Assembly (NCBI GenBank): GCA_963782525.1
Contig: CAWAKC010000004.1
Coordinates: 32,001 to 96,000, forward strand
Length of the DNA stretch: 64,000 nucleotides
Source: Candidatus Bathyarchaeota archaeon
GTDB lineage: Archaea > Thermoproteota > Bathyarchaeia > Bathyarchaeales > Bathycorpusculaceae
Reading direction: 5' to 3'
The notes under the pieces: generated by a model
What the model was told of the DNA's origin: nothing
Database searches by the model: none
Seen by the model: only the letters and a program-made list of their open reading frames with translations
Shown here: positions 59,598 through 64,000 of the stretch, in pieces
How positions within the stretch are numbered: the stretch's first letter is position 1
Layout of the letters: every line of letters starts with the position of its first letter
Position numbers and translations under genes: made by a program

Positions 59598-60464
59598 TCA
59601 ATAACCGAAAGCTCGCAAGTAGGTTACTATAGCTAAAGTCACGCTTGCAGCAAAAGCTAAAGCCCAAATCTTCTTGTTAAAGCTAAAGATTTTGTATCCA
59701 TCTAAAATTCCGAAGGGAATCAAGTTGAAAACTGCCATGAAAGCGTTGATGTAAGCAGCAAAAAACAGCATAAAGACAAAGGGGCTGAATGGTAGAACAA
59801 ACGCACAACCAAGAAGCGCAGTCGAGAAAATGAGGTTTGTGATGGGTCCAGCGATGGAAATCTTTACTAAATCCTCTCCACTTGGTACCGAGCCGCCAAT
59901 CATCATTGCTCCTGGCGAAATCATTTTGAAGGGCAGAAAAACTGAAACCAAAGTTAAAACTGCACCCCACGTTGTTAGTCGGAATTCAGCCCACATGCCT
60001 TTCTTCTGTGCAATGATTTTATGGGCTATTTCATGAATCAAAAAAGATGATGTCATTATGAGAGCGAAAACCGCCATCACGTCCCATGTCCAAGCAGGGA
60101 GAAAACCGCCAAAAAGATTTCCATACACTCCGATTGAAAAGCCGATGCCGACGACAAGCAACGCTGCAACCCCGATATGTTTGACTTCTTTTTGGCTAAA
60201 GGTAACGCGACGTGTGCGTTTGAAGGGTTGCTGACCAAAAACATAGCTGTAGTTGTATGAATTGTAAGATTCTGGCTTTAGCACTTGTCCTTGTCTTTCT
60301 GCGCGTGCATTGTCGATTTTTGGGCATGCATGGTTCTCTGGCAAACGGTGAGCACCGCAGAATTGACCACCGCAATGAGGGCAGCGGAATGGAAGAAGAG
60401 TCTCCTGAGAGCAGGCTTGACATTTCATTATGTATTGGCGCCTTTGACACCCTAAACTGTGCAT
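59598..60464 (-). CDS. AN1-type zinc finger fused to M50 (site-2) peptidase
   Basis: CQAC..PFRCPHCGGQFC..HRLPENHAC; HEIAH; AGP; FNLIP..LDG; start likely MKCQ at ~60428. Confidence 0.88.
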   Translation of the reverse strand: MHSLGCQRRQYIMKCQACSQETLLPFRCPHCGGQFCGAHRLPENHACPKIDNARAERQGQVLKPESYNSYNYSYVFGQQPFKRTRRVTFSQKEVKHIGVAALLVVGIGFSIGVYGNLFGGFLPAWTWDVMAVFALIMTSSFLIHEIAHKIIAQKKGMWAEFRLTTWGAVLTLVSVFLPFKMISPGAMMIGGSVPSGEDLVKISIAGPITNLIFSTALLGCAFVLPFSPFVFMLFFAAYINAFMAVFNLIPFGILDGYKIFSFNKKIWALAFAASVTLAIVTYLRAFGY

Positions 60465-60707
60465 GGTGGTTTATATTTTTCCCCTCAAAAAACTAGAAAC
60501 GCACCTACCAGAAGAAATCTATTTCGGGGATTCCGGTCATTTGGTATTTACGGCTATCAACTTGGATGTTCACGAATTAATTGTGTACTTGTAGGTTTGG
60601 CTGTTGTTGCTTTTACACAGTCACGCAGATTAATACGAGATCTTTTAGTACTCTATAGATGAATATAGATTTAGAAATAAACCGAATTTTAGTTTTGATT
60701 TGTGGAG

Positions 60708-60881
60708 GTGATAATTTTTCCAGAAAAAAACACTAAAGGAGAATTCACAATCCTGCAAAAAAAGAAGAAACGAGAAATAATCGAGGAAGGCAAACACCAA
60801 GTTAATATTCCTTCTGATGTCAGCGAAGAAGAAAAGAAGGCTTTAGAGCAAACAGGAGACGACGCAACTTCTGGCTGGTAA
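60708..60881 (+). CDS. Small charged hypothetical protein (not in ORF track)
   Basis: 57-codon frame next to GGAGGTGA RBS, ends ...GDDATSGW; T-rich terminator. Confidence 0.45.
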   Translation: MIIFPEKNTKGEFTILQKKKKREIIEEGKHQVNIPSDVSEEEKKALEQTGDDATSGW

Positions 60882-61035
60882 AACTTACTTAATTTTCTTT
60901 TTTTTGATTGATTAATTTTCTTTTTAATAAACCGTCAAAATGTACTCCAAAAAACAAAAAATTCCAAAGTTATTTGTTTTAGATAGAATAAATCTTATAT
61001 TCTAATTCAATATGCTGAGCCAGTGGAGAAGCGCC

Positions 61036-61245
61036 TGAATAAAGCCATAATAGAAATCAGGTGCATCAAACATTTTTCCCAAAAATCAACGTTGCTGTTA
61101 TAGAAATAGGGGTGCTTCTGTCAATTAACGACCGACTCTTGATAAAAGGACCGTTAACTGATTTTGAGCAAACTGTTGATTCGATTCAGATTGACCTAAA
61201 AAAACATTCAAAGCGTCGGAGGCGGACATAGCGTGCGCTTAAGAT
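61036..61245 (+). pseudogene. Degraded translation-elongation-factor-like (beta-barrel) protein
   Basis: HFSQKINVAVIE...LIKGPLTDFEQTVDSIQID, then a frameshift. Confidence 0.55.
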
Positions 61246-61587
61246 GCTACGGGTTAACGATGCCAAATGCTAAGTCACCATAATTTGGTTCGTATTAATT
61301 ATTTTCGTGCACTCTTTATATATTTAGTAAAAAGCCTCGCTATGGTATAATTTCGCGCTCGTTTTCAGTGGGCCATGTCACTATTCTTCGCGGACAATCT
61401 TCCTTTTTTTCTTTAAGCGCCAATATTTGGCAATCAAAGGAATGCAAACAAAATCGACCTAACCTAAGGAGTTGGATTTATAGATACATAGAGGTGGATG
61501 GTGTAAGAATCGCAGTTTTCCAGCTATTTTATAAGAATCGATAAATGTTTCGTTTTAACTCATGTTTGGAATTATTGTTGGGTTGCT

Positions 61588-63171
61588 GTGAGTAAAGCTT
61601 CAGATATAGCCAAGACATCAACGAGAGGTAGTTTTCACTATTTATGGGGCTTAGTACTTTCCACAGCGATCTCAGCCGTTGGCACAATATTCATAGCTAG
61701 GCTGCTAGGCTCCGACCAATACGGACTATATACAATCGTATTGGCTGCGCCATCGCTCATCGTTACATTTAGGGACTGGGGAATAAACTCCGCCATGATA
61801 AAATTCACAGCTCAATACCGTGCTGAAGAGAGAAACGCAGAAATCAGAAGCATATTTCTCACAGGTGTACTCTTCGAAGTTATATTAGGCATAGTTCTCT
61901 CTTTGATCTCGTTTGCATTCGCCGGTTTCTTGGCAACTAGCCTTTATAACCGACCTATCATTGCACCACTCATCGAAATCGCCTCATTCTCAATCCTTGC
62001 CGGCGCGCTAATAACAGCAGCTACTGCAGCTTTTACGGGTTTTGAAAAGATGGAGCAAAACAGTATAATGCTCGTTTTCCATAGCATCTTTAAAACCGTT
62101 TTAATAGTCGCTCTTGTGCTCTTAGGATTTGGTGCTTCCGGAGCAACCACTGGATTCGTAATTAGCACTTTTATTGGGGGATTAATCGGGATCGCTCTAG
62201 TCTGGAAACTTTATGCAGATTTGCCTAAGTTCAGTGGATACGTCCTGCAAATCAAGGCGTATTTAACTACTATGCTGACTTATGCTTTGCCTCTGTCTTT
62301 TGCCTCAATCCTATCGAGTCTTTTGCCGCATTTCTACTCCTTCCTGCTGCCAATCCACTACTCCACAGACAACACAATGATCGGAAGCTATGGTATTGCA
62401 AATAACTTTGTCGTTCTCATATCCTTCTTTGCTCTACCAATCACTGCAATGATCTTCCCGGCTTTCTCCAAGTTACATCCCATAAAAGATAAAGATACCT
62501 TGGGAAGCGTTTTTCAGTTCTCAGTCAAATACGCTTCGTTATTTGTTGTACCTATGGCAGCATTAGTTATGTGTTTAGCCGTACCTGCCGTGTCTACTTT
62601 GTTTGGCGCTACTTACAGTGCGGCCCCGCTTTTTTTGGCGTTGCTCGCATTTCAGTATCTGTTTACTACTTTCGGCTCATTGAGCATTGGCGGTCTTCTG
62701 AGTGGCCAGGGAAACACAAGTTTTATTTTGAAAATGGCAATTTTGACTATATGCGTCGGTTTCCCCGTTGGCTATGTGGGGATTATTTATTTTGGTGTTC
62801 TGGGCTTAATTGTAACTTCTTTAATCGCTGGTTTGCCGAGCTTAATTTGGGGGCTGCTATTTGTCAGGAAAACTTATGGTGTCTCAGTTGATTGGTTGTC
62901 CTCTGCAAAGATTCTAGTCGCCTCATTAATTGCTGCATCTGTGACCTTTGGAGCAATTTCAATCTTTAGTTTTTCTAGTTTGGTTGAACTCGTCTTAGGC
63001 ACAGCAATCTTTGTGATCGTTTTAGTCCCCTCCGTCTTGTTGGTTAGATCTATAAGCCGTAGCGATATAGCAAACTTGCGTGGAATGGTTGGAGGTTTAG
63101 GTACGGTGGGTAGATTGTTTACCAGAGTTTTGGATGTTTTGGAAAAAATCATAGATGTCTTCAACCTATAG
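61588..63171 (+). CDS. Oligosaccharide flippase (MOP/Wzx family)
   Basis: ~14 TMs; ARLLGSDQYGLY, DWGINSAMIKF, FPAFSKL. Confidence 0.88.
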   Translation: MSKASDIAKTSTRGSFHYLWGLVLSTAISAVGTIFIARLLGSDQYGLYTIVLAAPSLIVTFRDWGINSAMIKFTAQYRAEERNAEIRSIFLTGVLFEVILGIVLSLISFAFAGFLATSLYNRPIIAPLIEIASFSILAGALITAATAAFTGFEKMEQNSIMLVFHSIFKTVLIVALVLLGFGASGATTGFVISTFIGGLIGIALVWKLYADLPKFSGYVLQIKAYLTTMLTYALPLSFASILSSLLPHFYSFLLPIHYSTDNTMIGSYGIANNFVVLISFFALPITAMIFPAFSKLHPIKDKDTLGSVFQFSVKYASLFVVPMAALVMCLAVPAVSTLFGATYSAAPLFLALLAFQYLFTTFGSLSIGGLLSGQGNTSFILKMAILTICVGFPVGYVGIIYFGVLGLIVTSLIAGLPSLIWGLLFVRKTYGVSVDWLSSAKILVASLIAASVTFGAISIFSFSSLVELVLGTAIFVIVLVPSVLLVRSISRSDIANLRGMVGGLGTVGRLFTRVLDVLEKIIDVFNL

Positions 63172-63355
63172 CGCTTCAATCATTTCAATAACGTAGTATT
63201 CGATTTTTGATTTGACTCTTGGTAAATTTCATATACCAAGAATTTAACCCTGACAATGCAATAAAACTAATTGAAGTTGACTTCGAGCATCAGACTGAAA
63301 TTGAGGGAATAAACTGTTCAGAAAAAGGAATCGCTATAATGGATAATTCCAAAAG

Positions 63356-64000
63356 CTACGGTATTATTTCGCATCCATTGTACTTCAAGTAATCGAAATC
63401 TTGGATTGTAACCTTTCCCATCCGGATTAATTTCTGGATTCTTGGAATTTCTCCTTTCACTGTTTCGATTAATTGCTGGACTGTGTGGCAGACTTTGCTG
63501 TAAGCCTCATCTGTCCATCGCTTTGTGATGTTGGTGTATAGACATCTGCCGCCACATAAACCGAGGATAGAGCATTTGCTGCAGGGTTTTTCGTTAACAA
63601 AGAGCTTTTTTAGTTTAAGTGGATCCGTGTCTTTGATGTGTCCTAAATAGTATTTTTTCATGCCCCACATGGTTGGGCAAGGCATGATGTAACCGTTCGT
63701 TTGGATAGCATAGTTTATCCAGCCTCCGCCGCAACGCATCAGTGCATTTTTTTCCTCATGCAACAGCGACCCTGCAATTCCCAACAAAGGATAAAGCTTC
63801 AACACCACACCTTTCTCCTGTATTTGGTCAACCCAAAAATGTGCAAGTTCTCGGATGCCAGGGATGTAGCTGGCTTTGGTCCATTCCTCAAAGTTGCGTC
63901 TGTGGTAATCGTTGCCCCAGAAACCCGCGTTAAGCTGCCAATGAATCGACGAAAAAGAAAACTCATCATTATTTAGGAGCCATCTGACTTGTTTGTTGAG
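63356..64000 (-). CDS. Radical SAM/SPASM protein (TIGR04084/AF0577-like), 5'-truncated by window
   Basis: Frame open to the window edge: IHWQLNA, SYIPGI, RCGGG, PCP, CSKC..CGGRCLY, CEIIP. Confidence 0.8.
   Translation of the reverse strand, partial: LNKQVRWLLNNDEFSFSSIHWQLNAGFWGNDYHRRNFEEWTKASYIPGIRELAHFWVDQIQEKGVVLKLYPLLGIAGSLLHEEKNALMRCGGGWINYAIQTNGYIMPCPTMWGMKKYYLGHIKDTDPLKLKKLFVNEKPCSKCSILGLCGGRCLYTNITKRWTDEAYSKVCHTVQQLIETVKGEIPRIQKLIRMGKVTIQDFDYLKYNGCEIIP

Noticed and set aside
1385-63976. Numerous antisense or overlapping ORFs in the six-frame track (e.g. 13629-14102, 28777-29256, 44280-44717, 52772-53221)
   Set aside because: Shadow frames of well-supported genes, with no motifs or RBS

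Overview
Archaeal chromosomal segment, most consistent with Bathyarchaeia/TACK. This rests on L35Ae, aIF-1A, S10, Dph5, CTP-dependent riboflavin kinase, geranylgeranyl reductase, archaeal SRP RNA and TATA-type promoters; the taxonomy is an inference. From left to right: (1) the right end of a tyrosine-integrase element inserted at the 3' end of tRNA-Lys(CTT), carrying a Type III R-M system; (2) housekeeping genes, a trpEGDCBA operon lacking trpF with a TrpY-box-like operator, SRP RNA and a PAS/GAF histidine kinase; (3) an AT-rich accessory region (~21-30 kb) with a decayed MNT-HEPN TA pair, several unannotated Cys-rich microproteins, three CxxC-x17-CxxC zinc-ribbon domains (one fused to an RNase H-like protein), an OB-fold protein, a stand-alone aIF-1A with a structured leader, a LysW-like peptide and a complete IS with a 9-bp TSD; (4) a corrinoid uptake/salvage operon: btuFCD, a radical-SAM/SPASM homologue with all three CxxxCxxC cysteines replaced, DUF2284, a CbiZ fusion and a His-rich Ni/Co transporter; (5) rad50/mre11, cbiB/cobD, dph5, ribL, ribK and htpX; (6) an asnA-pck operon divergent from an Lrp/AsnC regulator with 5-3-5 palindromes, HxlR-GGR, rps10, a flippase and a truncated radical SAM gene. 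The two most promising candidates for undescribed biology are the cysteine-less radical-SAM/SPASM protein in the corrinoid operon and the CxxC-x17-CxxC/RNase H-like/OB/aIF-1A cluster. Several single-base frameshifts (trpE 5' end, cbiB, rhomboid) may be sequencing errors. No CRISPR array or rRNA was seen. All family calls come from motif recognition by eye; no searches were run.
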